Positions 10,222-20,181 of a stretch of DNA of 64,000 bases are shown here, piece after piece. The first letter of the stretch is position 1, and each line of letters starts with the position of its first letter. Source of the DNA: an uncultured Acidimicrobiia bacterium (GTDB taxonomy: Bacteria > Actinomycetota > Acidimicrobiia > Spongiisociales > ZC4RG35); the NCBI GenBank assembly GCA_963761985.1, contig CAVXIT010000002.1, positions 18,658 to 82,657 of the forward strand, in the 5' to 3' direction. A model generated the notes under the pieces. The model saw only the letters and a program-made list of their open reading frames with translations, had not been told where the DNA came from and did not search any database. A program made the translations under genes and the position numbers.

Positions 10222-10517
10222 AGGATCACCTTTTTTGGTTCAGTTCACTGGTCGGCTAACGACCGGTGGACATATCCGCTCCGCTGGGTGGTGATTGTGA
10301 GGCATTTTCTTTGGCACCAACTGAAGGTGCCGCCGGCTGTTCCCCGTACTTTCCCGGCCGAAGCCGGGAACTCTGTTGTCAACGAAGAGCCCCTCCTGCC
10401 GACGTATCGGCTGACTCTGCCCGACTGCGGTGGAACACTAACGATCTAGTGATTCGGCCACAAGAGCAAACCGTCAACCACCCTAAGTGTTTTTTTTCGG
10501 TTGGCTACGCTGAGAAA

Positions 10518-11135
10518 GTGAACCTGCGGGACTTCGAAGAGCAACTGCGAAAATTGCCAGGAGTCGAGGCAGCCAGGGTCATCACCAACGGATCGACGGT
10601 GACCGAGGTCCACGTCGTGACCCGTCTCGACAAAGCTCCCAAACAAGTCGTCCGGGACGTGCAAACTTTGGCTCAGGCGGCATATTCACTGGCGCTCGAC
10701 CGGAGGGTGGTATCCGTGGTCCAGATCCCGGAGTCTGACTTGTCCCAGGGTGACCGCCCTGTCGTTGTTGATGTCTCCGAGCAACTCGACGGAGCACATA
10801 CGAAAGTCTCGGTGACGTTGTCCTGGCAAGCGGACAATCTGGTCGGATCCGTCGATGGCGCCGCGGGCGAAACGACCCGCTACCGGTTGATCGCGGAAGC
10901 GGCGGTTGCAGCACTGCAACAGGCTTTGCAAGAAACTTCAGCTTTCGGAGTCACTTCGGTCGATCTCGTCATGCTCGGCGGTCGGCGCATCGCCATTGCT
11001 CAGGTCGTGATCGTGAGCGAGGGCAAGGAGAGGTTGATGGTGGGGTCGGCGCTTGTCGATGGCGACCCCGGCCGGGCGATTGTGCGGGCAGTTCTGGACG
11101 CCCTCAATCGTCACATTCCCGAACTTCGCCGATAG
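10518..11135 (+). CDS. hypothetical protein with two internally similar ~90-aa halves (start uncertain)
   Basis: ORF 10266..11135 in the track; its first ~85 codons run through a hairpin and T8 run, so the likely start is GTG 10518 (VNLRDFEEQL...). Confidence 0.4.
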   Translation: MNLRDFEEQLRKLPGVEAARVITNGSTVTEVHVVTRLDKAPKQVVRDVQTLAQAAYSLALDRRVVSVVQIPESDLSQGDRPVVVDVSEQLDGAHTKVSVTLSWQADNLVGSVDGAAGETTRYRLIAEAAVAALQQALQETSAFGVTSVDLVMLGGRRIAIAQVVIVSEGKERLMVGSALVDGDPGRAIVRAVLDALNRHIPELRR

Positions 11136-11143
11136 AGGGCGCC

Positions 11144-12691
11144 TTGGCGACGGCTGCGGTTGTCACACCACACTTTCTCGCCACGGCGGCCGGGATCGAC
11201 ATTATTTCGATAGGAGGATCGGCGATCGACGCCGCGATCGCGGCGAATGCGGTTCTGGGAGTAGTGGCCCCCGAGACCTGCGGCCTTGGCGGCGACCTTT
11301 TCGCCCTCGTCTTCGAACCCGGACAAAAGGAGCCAACAGCCCTCAACTCGTCCGGCCGTTCAGGTTCGAACGTGTCGAGCCAGGCGCTGCGCGACCAAGG
11401 TCTGGCGGACATGCCCGTGATGGGTCCGGAGACCGTCACGATTCCCGGTTGCGTGGATGGCTGGTTCGCTCTCGCCGCTCGCTACGGGCATCTCGCGTGG
11501 AGCGAGCGCCTGGCACCGGCCCTGCGTTATGCCGATTCCGGTTTTCCGGTCTCGAATGAACTCGCCCGCAGCACCTCGTTGCGGTTCGAGCAGCTAGCCC
11601 CTCAGTCGATTGGCCGCCACTTGCTCCCAAATGGACGGCCACCTCAGCCGGGCGAGACTATTGCTCGACCGGACCTGGCGGCGACGCTTCGCACGATCGC
11701 AGCCGGCACGCGCGACGCTTTCTACCTGGGAGCCCCGGGAGCGGCAATCAGCGAGGCGGTCGACGGTTCGATTTCGAGAGAGGATCTGGCGTCCAACCAG
11801 GCCGAGTGGGTGAAACCCCTCGGTCTGCAGGTTTTTGGGCTTGAAGCCTGGACCGTCCCACCCAACTCCCAGGGCTATCTCACCCTGGCCTCGGCCGCGG
11901 TTTACGAGAGCTGGAAAACCGGTGCCCAAACCGATGAATTGGCCGATGTCGATCGGTGGCATCTGGCTATCGAGGCCTACCGATCGCAAGTGGCCGACCG
12001 CGATCTCGTGCTCGCCGACGCTGACCACCTTCCGTTTCCGGCGCCGGAGTTGTTCGCCCCTGCTCGTCTTTCGCCTCGGCTTGACCTCGGAAGCCGCCAG
12101 AATTTTCGGGAAACCAAACGCGCTCCCGGGGGCACGGCGTTTCTATGTGTCCTCGATCAAAGTGGGCTGGGGGTGTCGTTCATTCAGTCGAACTACATGG
12201 GCCTCGGCAGCTCGGTCGGTGCCGGCTCAGCTGGCTTCGTGCTTCAGAACCGCGGAGCCGGTTTCAATCTCGAGCCGGGACATCCCAATGAGCTCGGTCC
12301 CGGCAAGCGGCCGCTGCATACGCTCGCACCTTCGCTCTGGACCCAGGAGGGAAGGCTCCACACCATCCTGGGAACCCGCGGCGGCGACTACCAGCCACAG
12401 CTCCTCTTGCAGATGGCGATTCGGATGTTCGACCTCGGGGACTCGCCGGCGGAGGCCCAGACCCAACCTCGCTGGGTCGTCGAGGAGGTCGACGATTCGG
12501 ACGGCCCGGTCCGAGTCGAGGAGAGCACCCCGGCGGAGATCGTCAAAGGTTTGCGGGAGCGGGGCCATCCAATCGAAGTGGCAACTGGGGTGCAGGGAGG
12601 CTGGGGTCCGGTTTCAGTGATTCGAGGGGGTCCTGCGGTCGAAGCCGCCGCGGACCCCCGGGTGGGCACAGCCGCCGCGGAAACGCTGTGA
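11144..12691 (+). CDS. ggt: gamma-glutamyltransferase
   Basis: GGSAIDAAIAANAVLGVVAPETCGLGGD; autoprocessing/nucleophile region GGTAFLCVLDQSG; small-subunit GG motifs. Confidence 0.9.
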   Translation: MATAAVVTPHFLATAAGIDIISIGGSAIDAAIAANAVLGVVAPETCGLGGDLFALVFEPGQKEPTALNSSGRSGSNVSSQALRDQGLADMPVMGPETVTIPGCVDGWFALAARYGHLAWSERLAPALRYADSGFPVSNELARSTSLRFEQLAPQSIGRHLLPNGRPPQPGETIARPDLAATLRTIAAGTRDAFYLGAPGAAISEAVDGSISREDLASNQAEWVKPLGLQVFGLEAWTVPPNSQGYLTLASAAVYESWKTGAQTDELADVDRWHLAIEAYRSQVADRDLVLADADHLPFPAPELFAPARLSPRLDLGSRQNFRETKRAPGGTAFLCVLDQSGLGVSFIQSNYMGLGSSVGAGSAGFVLQNRGAGFNLEPGHPNELGPGKRPLHTLAPSLWTQEGRLHTILGTRGGDYQPQLLLQMAIRMFDLGDSPAEAQTQPRWVVEEVDDSDGPVRVEESTPAEIVKGLRERGHPIEVATGVQGGWGPVSVIRGGPAVEAAADPRVGTAAAETL

Positions 12692-13326
12692 CGGTTCTCG
12701 TTTGTGTTCGCCACGGCGAGGCCGAAGGCAACTCCCATCATCGATTTATCGGACAGAACGACGTGCATCTCACTGATCGAGGGCGCCAACAGGCCGTACT
12801 GCTCGCCGCCCGGCTCGGCAAGCTACCGATCAGCCGCATTATTTCTTCGGACCTGCGCCGCACTCTCGACACGGTCGAGCCCGCGGCAGAGGCCCTGTCG
12901 CTTCCCGTCGAGCAAGACGCGCGTCTCCGCGAGATCGCCAATGGCGAATGGAGCGGGCTGCTCCCAGACGAGATCGCAAGCGAGTGGCCCGAAATGTGGA
13001 TCGCATATCGGTCCGGTGAAGATGTGCTGCGACCCGGTGGTGAGAGTTGGCAGCAAGTGCGCGAGCGGGTCTTGTCACTGGTCGAGGAGTTGCCCAACGA
13101 CGATTCACTCGTCTTGTTCAGCAGTCATGGTGGTCCCAGTTTGTGCCTAGCCCAATGGGCACTCGGGATCGAAACCGGCCGCAACATTTTTCGGGGTCCG
13201 CTGGCGGCGGTCGACAACACCGGGATAGTGGCAATAGACCTGCGCGGGCCGCGTTTGCTGGCCTTCAACGACCTCGGACATCTCGGGGACCGTTTGCCCA
13301 GCCTGCCCCTGCCGTTCGACTCCTAA
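12688..13326 (+). CDS. histidine phosphatase (phosphoglycerate mutase-like) family protein
   Basis: N-terminal RHGE catalytic motif (VLVCVRHGEAEGN); 212 aa. Confidence 0.8.
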   Translation: MTVLVCVRHGEAEGNSHHRFIGQNDVHLTDRGRQQAVLLAARLGKLPISRIISSDLRRTLDTVEPAAEALSLPVEQDARLREIANGEWSGLLPDEIASEWPEMWIAYRSGEDVLRPGGESWQQVRERVLSLVEELPNDDSLVLFSSHGGPSLCLAQWALGIETGRNIFRGPLAAVDNTGIVAIDLRGPRLLAFNDLGHLGDRLPSLPLPFDS

Positions 13327-14345
13327 CCCCGCGTCGAGGCGACAAGTTCCTGCCAGCGCTCTTCTGGCCAGCCCAAACCTTCATGAAGTGTGTAATAGCC
13401 AACCCGCTGCACCCGGTCGCCGTATCGATTGCGAATCGCCTCGCCGACTTCCTCGATCGGGGCGACCACCGCAACCTCGTTCAGCATGTCGTCGCTGACC
13501 AGGTCACCCATCTCCGCCCATTGCCCTCGCCGGCTCATTTGGGACAGCCTTTCCCCCACGTCCCAGCTGTGGGTTTCCAAAACCGCGGCGTAGTCCGGGG
13601 TGGACGCATAGAACGCGATCTGGCTCTTAACGGGTCCCTTCGCGGCTTCGATCTGGGCCTCGTTTTCCCCGGTGACCACGAAGACGGTTGTGATCCGCTC
13701 GACGTCGTCTAGCGACCGGCCGGCACGTGCCGCACCGTCAGCCATTCGCGGGAGGACCACCTCGTCCAGATACTTAACGGTGTGAAATGGATGGACATGA
13801 AAGCCCTGGCACACCTCGCCCGCGAGCTTCGCCATATATGGACCTACGCCTGCGATCGCGAGCGGAATGTCGGGATGCGCGATCGGCCCCGGATTGAAGA
13901 ACGGCGACATGAGGGTGAATTTGTAGAACTCGCCCTCGTACCGCAGCGGTGCCCCGTTTTGGAATGTGTCCCAGATGGCTCGCATCGCCAGGAGGTAGTC
14001 CCTCATTCGGGGACCCGGGGAGACCCACTCGCCTGAGAACCTGCGCACGATATGGGCTTTGACCTGCGTGCCGAGGCCAAGCACGAAATTGCCGCCACTG
14101 ATGTCCGCGAGATCCCAGGCCAGCTGCGCCACGGTCATCGGTGATCGGGGAAAAGCGACCGCGATCGCGGTGCCGAAGGTCAGCTGCGGTTCCGCCTGCG
14201 CGGCCAGAACCAGCGGAAAGAAGGGGTTGTGTCCCGTTTCGGCGGTGAAGAAGCCGTCGTATCCGAGCCGGGCAGCGGTGTGAGCCGCGGACGTGGCGTC
14301 TTTCAATCCCGCGGAGGGATTGAAGTAATAGTCGACTTTGATCAC
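13323..14345 (-). CDS. LLM-class (luciferase-like) F420-dependent oxidoreductase
   Basis: TIM-barrel LLM motifs (LGYDGFFTAETGHNPFFPL...); 340 aa. Confidence 0.75.
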   Translation of the reverse strand: MIKVDYYFNPSAGLKDATSAAHTAARLGYDGFFTAETGHNPFFPLVLAAQAEPQLTFGTAIAVAFPRSPMTVAQLAWDLADISGGNFVLGLGTQVKAHIVRRFSGEWVSPGPRMRDYLLAMRAIWDTFQNGAPLRYEGEFYKFTLMSPFFNPGPIAHPDIPLAIAGVGPYMAKLAGEVCQGFHVHPFHTVKYLDEVVLPRMADGAARAGRSLDDVERITTVFVVTGENEAQIEAAKGPVKSQIAFYASTPDYAAVLETHSWDVGERLSQMSRRGQWAEMGDLVSDDMLNEVAVVAPIEEVGEAIRNRYGDRVQRVGYYTLHEGLGWPEERWQELVASTRG

Positions 14346-14544
14346 GTCACGGTAGACGCCGGACCAATCGCACTACCCTCGCCAAATGGAACGGGCCAAA
14401 GGCCGTCGAATTATCCAGCTCGTCAGCATCGTTGGTGGAGTGGCCGCATTCGTCTGGGCCCTGCGTGAGCGTTGGATCTCGATCGACGCTCCCCGCGAGG
14501 AAGAGCCTCCCTCGTTTCGCGTCAGCAACGGCGCGAAGACCTAG

Positions 14545-15420
14545 CTAGCAGCCCGCTGCCTGCAACGTGGGATAGGGGTTGACCGGCTCGCCGTTACCCG
14601 GCTTCAGCTCGAAGTGCAGGTGGGGCTCGGCCCCGGCCGCGTTGCCACTGGTTCCAACGGTGCCGATTTCGGCTCCCGCCGCCACCGGCCCGGACGCGAT
14701 CGCGGTGTCGAGATGGGTGCCGATGTAGGTATTGCCGTCATCTCCGTACAAACGGAACTGGAGCCCGCCCACCGGCCCCGTGAGGACTTCGAGCCAACCC
14801 CCGACCGAAGCTCGCACCGGAGCCCCCAACTGCGCGAACAGGTCGTTGCCGACGTGGAATCTTCCTCCGGACCTCGGAAACCCCCAGTCGTTGAAGTAGT
14901 GCGCGCCGGCGACCGGACAGACCCAGGTGCCACCGCTGGCGGTGGGAACATTCAGATGCTGACCGACTCTGATGAGGTTGGGGTCGGCGATCCCGTTGGC
15001 GTCGACCAGTGCCTGAATCGACGTGCCGTAGTGGGACGCAACCTGTGCCAGGTTGTCGCCGGATTCGACGACATGGACGGCTGTCCCTAAGTTTCCATTG
15101 GCGCTTGCCGGTGCTGCGGTCACGGTGGGAGTAGCAGCTCCACTCAACTGGAGCGCGGTACCGATATAGATCAGCGAAGGGTTGGTGATGCCATTGATGC
15201 TCGCCAGCGTCGCCGCGTCAAGGCCATATTGAGATGCGATCCCGGCGAGCGTCTCACCCGGAGAGACGACGTGGGTGCCTCCCGCGTCAGCGCCTGAAAC
15301 GACGAGGATCTGACCGGGCCGGATCAGATCAGGATTGCTGATCCCGTTGGCAGCGGCGATATCTGCAACCGACACATCGAGCTCGGAGGCGATGGCGCCA
15401 AGCGTGTCCCCTGGTTGCAC
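14545..15420 (-). CDS. LysM-repeat M23 family metallopeptidase
   Basis: Three LysM repeats (GDTLxxIA...NxIxNPxLIxxGQxL) then M23 core HVGNDLFA...HLHFELK; GTG start and no signal peptide in this frame. Confidence 0.85.
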   Translation of the reverse strand: MQPGDTLGAIASELDVSVADIAAANGISNPDLIRPGQILVVSGADAGGTHVVSPGETLAGIASQYGLDAATLASINGITNPSLIYIGTALQLSGAATPTVTAAPASANGNLGTAVHVVESGDNLAQVASHYGTSIQALVDANGIADPNLIRVGQHLNVPTASGGTWVCPVAGAHYFNDWGFPRSGGRFHVGNDLFAQLGAPVRASVGGWLEVLTGPVGGLQFRLYGDDGNTYIGTHLDTAIASGPVAAGAEIGTVGTSGNAAGAEPHLHFELKPGNGEPVNPYPTLQAAGC

Positions 15421-15626
15421 GGTGTAGCTCGGCGCTTGGCCCCGATGACGACCAACGCCAGCGTCACTAGAGCGAAGATACGTCGCGGTCGCGCGGATGA
15501 ACCCGGGGCCAGATGTCGGCCCTTCGCAGACTTGACGATTTTGGCGTCCAAGACGCTCCTGTTCCGGCCCCTGTTCCGCCCGAACAGGCTCCGAACCCTA
15601 GCGGAGGAGCAGCAGTCGAAGCAGCT

Positions 15627-17282
15627 TCACTTCATGCTGCTGGCGAGATAGTCGAGCCGAACGTCGCCTCCCTCGAGCAGACGACGATGGAAATCCTTGA
15701 GGTCAAAACTCGATCCCTGCTCGGCCTTGAGTTCGTCGCGCATGTTGAGAATCGCCCTCTCGCCGACTTTGTAGGCGATCGCCTGGCCGGGCCAGCCCAG
15801 ATAGCGCTTGATCTCAGACTCGGATTGGTCCACCGGCACGCCGGCGACGCGATTCAACATTTCGACGCCTGTCTCGAAATCCCATTTGCCACCGGGATTG
15901 ACGAGACCGTTGGCGGGAATGTCGAGGTCGAGATGGCTGCCAATGTCGATGACCACGCGGCACGCGCGCATTTGTTGGGCGGCAAGCATGCCGAGCAGGT
16001 ACTGCGGCTGGTCGAAATACCCGAGTTCATTCATCAGGCGCTCGGTGTACAGCGCCCACCCTTCGCCGTATCCCGGGTGCCAGATGAAAACGCGATGGGT
16101 TCTCGTCAACTTTTCGCTTTGAGCCATCGCCATTCCCACCTGGAGATGGTGGCCGGGAAAGCCTTCGTGATAACCAGTCGAAACCTCGCCCCACAGCGGG
16201 AGCTGCTGACGATCGCCGAAGGAGTACCAAATCCCCCCGGACCGGGTGAAGTCTTCGCTCGGGGGCAGGTAGTACGCCCCGAGGGCCGCTCCCGGTGGAA
16301 CGAGGTTCACCGTGACCTGGCGGATCTGTTCGGGCACGTCGAAATGAACTCCGTCGAGCTGGGTCAGCGCCTGGTCCTGTAATGCCTGGATGAACTCGAC
16401 GAACTCTTCGGGGTTTTTCGTCAGATATTTGGGATCGGTGTCGAGCAATTCGATGACACCGCTCAGGTCACGATCGGGATCGACCTGCTTCGCCACTTCG
16501 ACCATCGCCTGATGAAGACGATGGACCTCCTCCCAGCCCCATTCATAGGTCTCGACCGGATTGATGGTCATCCCCAGGAAACGGTCGGCTTCGGCAACGT
16601 ATCGCTCCTCCCCCACACCATCCGCGGCCACAGCATCGGTCGCATATTCGTGCTCGATGTAGTCGGCAAAGTCGGCCGCCGCCGACCGACCAGCTGCAAC
16701 CGCCGCCTCGATCCGTTCAGCGTGATCGGAGTGGCTTTCGCTGACCTGAGCGACCAAACCGAGCCATTTCGACTCTTCCCCGGCCAGATGACGTAGCTGC
16801 TCGACCACCGATGCCACCTGTCGACGCGACGAGACGTGGCCGAGCCGGCGTCCTTCCTCGAGGGTCTCCTTCCAGCCGGCCAAGGGTTGGGCCACCGTCT
16901 CGAGCCGGGTAGCGATGTTGTCCCAGGCTTCCCCTGTCTCCGTGCTCATGAGGTCGAAGATGTCGCGGACGTCTTCGATCAATCCAGCAACGTGGCGCAC
17001 GCGGTAATAGCGCGCCCCTTGCTCATAGGCGGCGAGTCCTTCGTCGAGATAATCACTCAGCACCTTGCGGCCGTGCTCGTGCCACCGATCGGATGACTTG
17101 GGGATCTCGCCCGCGCGTGTGCGATAGCTGCTCATGAGATCGTGTTCTTTGGCGGTCCCCGCCGGCGAAGTATCACTCCAAAGGTGATCGCTGCCGGGAA
17201 TGCCGAGGTACGTGGCGGTCTCCGGCGAAATGGCCGCCGTATCGTCAACGAACTGGGCGGAAAGTTCGTAAATGTCAGTCAT
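15627..17282 (-). CDS. DUF885 family protein (putative metallopeptidase-like)
   Basis: 551 aa; HEGFPGHHLQ zinc-binding-like motif typical of DUF885. Confidence 0.7.
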   Translation of the reverse strand: MTDIYELSAQFVDDTAAISPETATYLGIPGSDHLWSDTSPAGTAKEHDLMSSYRTRAGEIPKSSDRWHEHGRKVLSDYLDEGLAAYEQGARYYRVRHVAGLIEDVRDIFDLMSTETGEAWDNIATRLETVAQPLAGWKETLEEGRRLGHVSSRRQVASVVEQLRHLAGEESKWLGLVAQVSESHSDHAERIEAAVAAGRSAAADFADYIEHEYATDAVAADGVGEERYVAEADRFLGMTINPVETYEWGWEEVHRLHQAMVEVAKQVDPDRDLSGVIELLDTDPKYLTKNPEEFVEFIQALQDQALTQLDGVHFDVPEQIRQVTVNLVPPGAALGAYYLPPSEDFTRSGGIWYSFGDRQQLPLWGEVSTGYHEGFPGHHLQVGMAMAQSEKLTRTHRVFIWHPGYGEGWALYTERLMNELGYFDQPQYLLGMLAAQQMRACRVVIDIGSHLDLDIPANGLVNPGGKWDFETGVEMLNRVAGVPVDQSESEIKRYLGWPGQAIAYKVGERAILNMRDELKAEQGSSFDLKDFHRRLLEGGDVRLDYLASSMK

Positions 17283-18360
17283 CCGGCGACCTTACCCTGC
17301 GACTGTGGAGCCGACTCCAGATGTCATCCCGGTCCGCGCCGAGGAAGGTTTTCCGGTGGAGGCCTTGGCTCGATATCTCGAAGGCAAAGTGGCCGGCGCT
17401 GAAGGTACGCCCGTCGTCAAGCAGTTCGCGGGTGGCCACGCCAATCTCACCTACTTGCTGGCGTACCCGTCGCTCGATCTCGTTTTGCGGCGTCCGCCTC
17501 TGGGACCGGTAGCGCCCGGATCGCATGACATGGCGCGTGAGTACCGGGTTCTTTCCCGGCTTCATCGATCCTTCGCCCCCGCGCCCGAAGCGCTTCATCT
17601 TTGCGATGACCCGGACGTGATCGGCTCTCCATTCCTGATCATGGAACGCAGAGAAGGCGTTGTCGTTCGGAACCAGGTTCCGGAGATCTTTGGCTCCGGC
17701 GAGGACCCGAGTTCGAATCGAAAATTGTCCGAGTTGGTGGTGGACACCTTGGCCGCCCTGCATCGGGTCGATCCGCAGTCATGTGATTTGGGCGATCTAG
17801 GGCGGCCCGATGGATTCCTCAAGCGGCAGGTCGAAGGGTGGATGACTCGTTGGGAATCGGCGCGGCACGAGCCGAACCCGTTGGCCGAAGAACTGGCGAT
17901 CTGGATCCACGCCGCGCTGCCGGACTCTCCTCCCCCAACGATCATCCACAACGACTGGCGCCTCGACAACATGGCTGTCGATCCGGCCGACCCTGGTCGT
18001 TGCGCAGCGGTCTATGACTGGGATATGTGCACTCGGGGCGATCCACTGGCCGACCTCGGCACGTTGATGGGGGTTTGGTATGAAAAAGGTGAGGTGGCGG
18101 CAACCCTCAACCCGATGCCGACTTCAGCCGTCGGATTCATGTCGCGCACCGAAGCGGTCGATCGCTACGCGCAGCGGTCGGGTCTCGATCTCAGCCGGTT
18201 CAACTGGTACCTCGTCTTTGGCACATGGAAGCTCGGCGTCGTCCTGCAACAGATTTACATTCGTTTCTATCGCGGGCAGACTCACGACGAGCGTTTTGCG
18301 TCGATGGGTGCGGGGGCGCAGCGATTGTTCGAATTGGCCGCCGAACGGCGCCAGAGTTAG
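17272..18360 (+). CDS. phosphotransferase (APH/choline-kinase-like) family protein
   Basis: Brenner motif IIHNDWRLDNMAV and DWDMCTRGDPLADLG; commonly paired with acyl-CoA dehydrogenases. Confidence 0.75.
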   Translation: MSVIRRPYPATVEPTPDVIPVRAEEGFPVEALARYLEGKVAGAEGTPVVKQFAGGHANLTYLLAYPSLDLVLRRPPLGPVAPGSHDMAREYRVLSRLHRSFAPAPEALHLCDDPDVIGSPFLIMERREGVVVRNQVPEIFGSGEDPSSNRKLSELVVDTLAALHRVDPQSCDLGDLGRPDGFLKRQVEGWMTRWESARHEPNPLAEELAIWIHAALPDSPPPTIIHNDWRLDNMAVDPADPGRCAAVYDWDMCTRGDPLADLGTLMGVWYEKGEVAATLNPMPTSAVGFMSRTEAVDRYAQRSGLDLSRFNWYLVFGTWKLGVVLQQIYIRFYRGQTHDERFASMGAGAQRLFELAAERRQS

Positions 18361-18365
18361 ACCGC

Positions 18366-19487
18366 CTAGAGACCGGCCGGATCGGTTTCCAGGCCGAGCA
18401 AAACGCGACCGGTGAGCTCCCAGGTGGGCTGACCGACCATCATGTGCTGGGTCGCGGTGTGGATGTCTCGGAAATGGCGTTGGAGCGGTGACCGGTCGTA
18501 GAGCGAACTGCCTCCGCTCATGGTGTACAGGTTGTCGACGATCTTCCGGCTGGTTTCAACAGACGCGGTGGCCGCCAGCCGGAGACGCACCTTGTCGGAC
18601 TGATTTGCAATTTCGCTGATGTCGAGACTTCGCCCCGCGAGATAGTGCCAGGCAGTTTCGATGCCGGCATGGGCGCGTGCCACCGCCTCTTGGACTGAAC
18701 CCCGGTCGGCCAACCGCCGCTTCGAACCCGTCGGCGTTTTTGCCCCACTGAGCTCGGTGAATTCCTCGAGCGCGGCTTGGGCGATACCGATCGCCACCGC
18801 TCCAATCCCCGCGGCCAACAGCCCGAGGATCGGGAAGCTCGCGACCGGTTCGGCAGTGAGGTTGGGACCGTCGAAGTACGCAACCCGCCTCGCCGGGACA
18901 AAGGCTTTTTCCACGAGCTGATCGTTGCTCGCCGTCGCCCGCAGCCCGAGTACTTGCCAGGTGGGGAGTATCCGGATCTGATCGCACGGAATGAAGAAGG
19001 TCCCGGTCCGCCCTGGCGAGCCGTCGATCACCGCGCCCAGACCCATCCAGTCGGCATCAGCACTTCCCGACCCGAAGGCCCACCGCCCGCTGACCTCGAA
19101 TCCACCCTCGACGCTCACCGCCACACCCTTCGGGGCCAGCACCCCCGCGACGAGCGTGCTCGCACCCCTGGCCAACACGTCATCGCGCCCGTCATTCGCG
19201 AGCCAGTGGACCCCGACCGCCGAAGTGAGATGGATCATTGCCACCCATCCGGCGGAGCCGTCCGCCTGGGCGACCACGCGGATCAGTTCGAGCACATCGA
19301 AGAGCGAAGGATTGGTGCCGCCGTGCGAGATCGGAGCGGTCGACGATCCGACCAGGCGCAGAAGGTCGACAAAGGCCGGGTCGATGCGACCGTTTGTCTC
19401 GGATTTGATAGCGGTGGCGCGAGCGATTGCGGCCAGATTCTCAACCATCGATGGGTCGAACCGGGTCGAAAGTTTGGTAGAGATCAT
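18366..19487 (-). CDS. acyl-CoA dehydrogenase-fold protein (group D flavin monooxygenase/ACAD type 2-like)
   Basis: 373 aa ACAD-like fold; divergent from a TetR gene. Confidence 0.65.
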   Translation of the reverse strand: MISTKLSTRFDPSMVENLAAIARATAIKSETNGRIDPAFVDLLRLVGSSTAPISHGGTNPSLFDVLELIRVVAQADGSAGWVAMIHLTSAVGVHWLANDGRDDVLARGASTLVAGVLAPKGVAVSVEGGFEVSGRWAFGSGSADADWMGLGAVIDGSPGRTGTFFIPCDQIRILPTWQVLGLRATASNDQLVEKAFVPARRVAYFDGPNLTAEPVASFPILGLLAAGIGAVAIGIAQAALEEFTELSGAKTPTGSKRRLADRGSVQEAVARAHAGIETAWHYLAGRSLDISEIANQSDKVRLRLAATASVETSRKIVDNLYTMSGGSSLYDRSPLQRHFRDIHTATQHMMVGQPTWELTGRVLLGLETDPAGL

Positions 19488-19493
19488 CTCCAG

Positions 19494-19518
19494 TTTTTAT
19501 CTTAGCAACTGGATCTTG
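19494..19518. promoter_or_regulatory. candidate TetR operator: inverted repeat TCCAGTT-N11-AACTGGA in divergent promoter region
   Basis: AT-rich 88-bp intergenic region between ACAD-like (-) and TetR (+) starts. Confidence 0.3.
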
Positions 19519-19575
19519 TCTCTACTCCCGAAAAGCGTCGGTAGCTGTTTAAGGCCAAATGAATAAGGTTGGTCC

Positions 19576-20181
19576 ATGGTGACCGCTCCGGCCACGCGCA
19601 AAACCCAGGCGACCTACGCCCGTTTGGTGAAGGCGGCGCGGGAAGCGATGCGCCGGGAAGGGACAATGTCGCCCGAGTTCGTAGCTGAGGTTGCCGACCT
19701 CTCCCCCGCCACGCTCTACACCTACTTCGCCTCCAAAGACGCCCTACTGGCGGCAGCGTTTGACGCAGCTCTCGCGGAGATCGGTGACTCGATAGCCCCG
19801 ATTCTTTCTGCTGAGTATCTGCTCGAAGAAGGGTGGGAATCGACGGCCCGCCACCTGGTGCGATCGGTGGTCAAGGGTTTTTCCCACGACGGCAGGTTGG
19901 TCCGGCTGGCGGTAACGCGGATCGGCGACTCAAAGGAAGTCCTCGAGGTCTACAACCGCCGAAGCAAGGAACAACTCGACCTCATCACCCGGTTTATCCG
20001 TCTCGGGATCGTCGCCGGGCAGATGCGTCCAGCAGATCCGGTAGTGCTCGCGCGAACAACGATGCTGCTTCTCCAGTCGCTGCAAAACCCGCTGGCGCTC
20101 AGCACGGGCGCTGGTCCGGTCGTCGAGGAGATGGCGAGAGCCGTCCGCAACCTGCTGGCGGCTGACCCTCAGGCAATCTGA
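19576..20181 (+). CDS. TetR/AcrR family transcriptional regulator
   Basis: N-terminal HTH EVADLSPATLYTYFASKDALL. Confidence 0.85.
   Translation: MVTAPATRKTQATYARLVKAAREAMRREGTMSPEFVAEVADLSPATLYTYFASKDALLAAAFDAALAEIGDSIAPILSAEYLLEEGWESTARHLVRSVVKGFSHDGRLVRLAVTRIGDSKEVLEVYNRRSKEQLDLITRFIRLGIVAGQMRPADPVVLARTTMLLLQSLQNPLALSTGAGPVVEEMARAVRNLLAADPQAI

Noticed and set aside
10266-10517. N-terminal 85 codons of track ORF 10266..11135
   Set aside because: This part runs through a GC hairpin and a T8 run and has Cys/Arg-rich composition. It is treated as a non-coding leader, and the gene is started at 10518.
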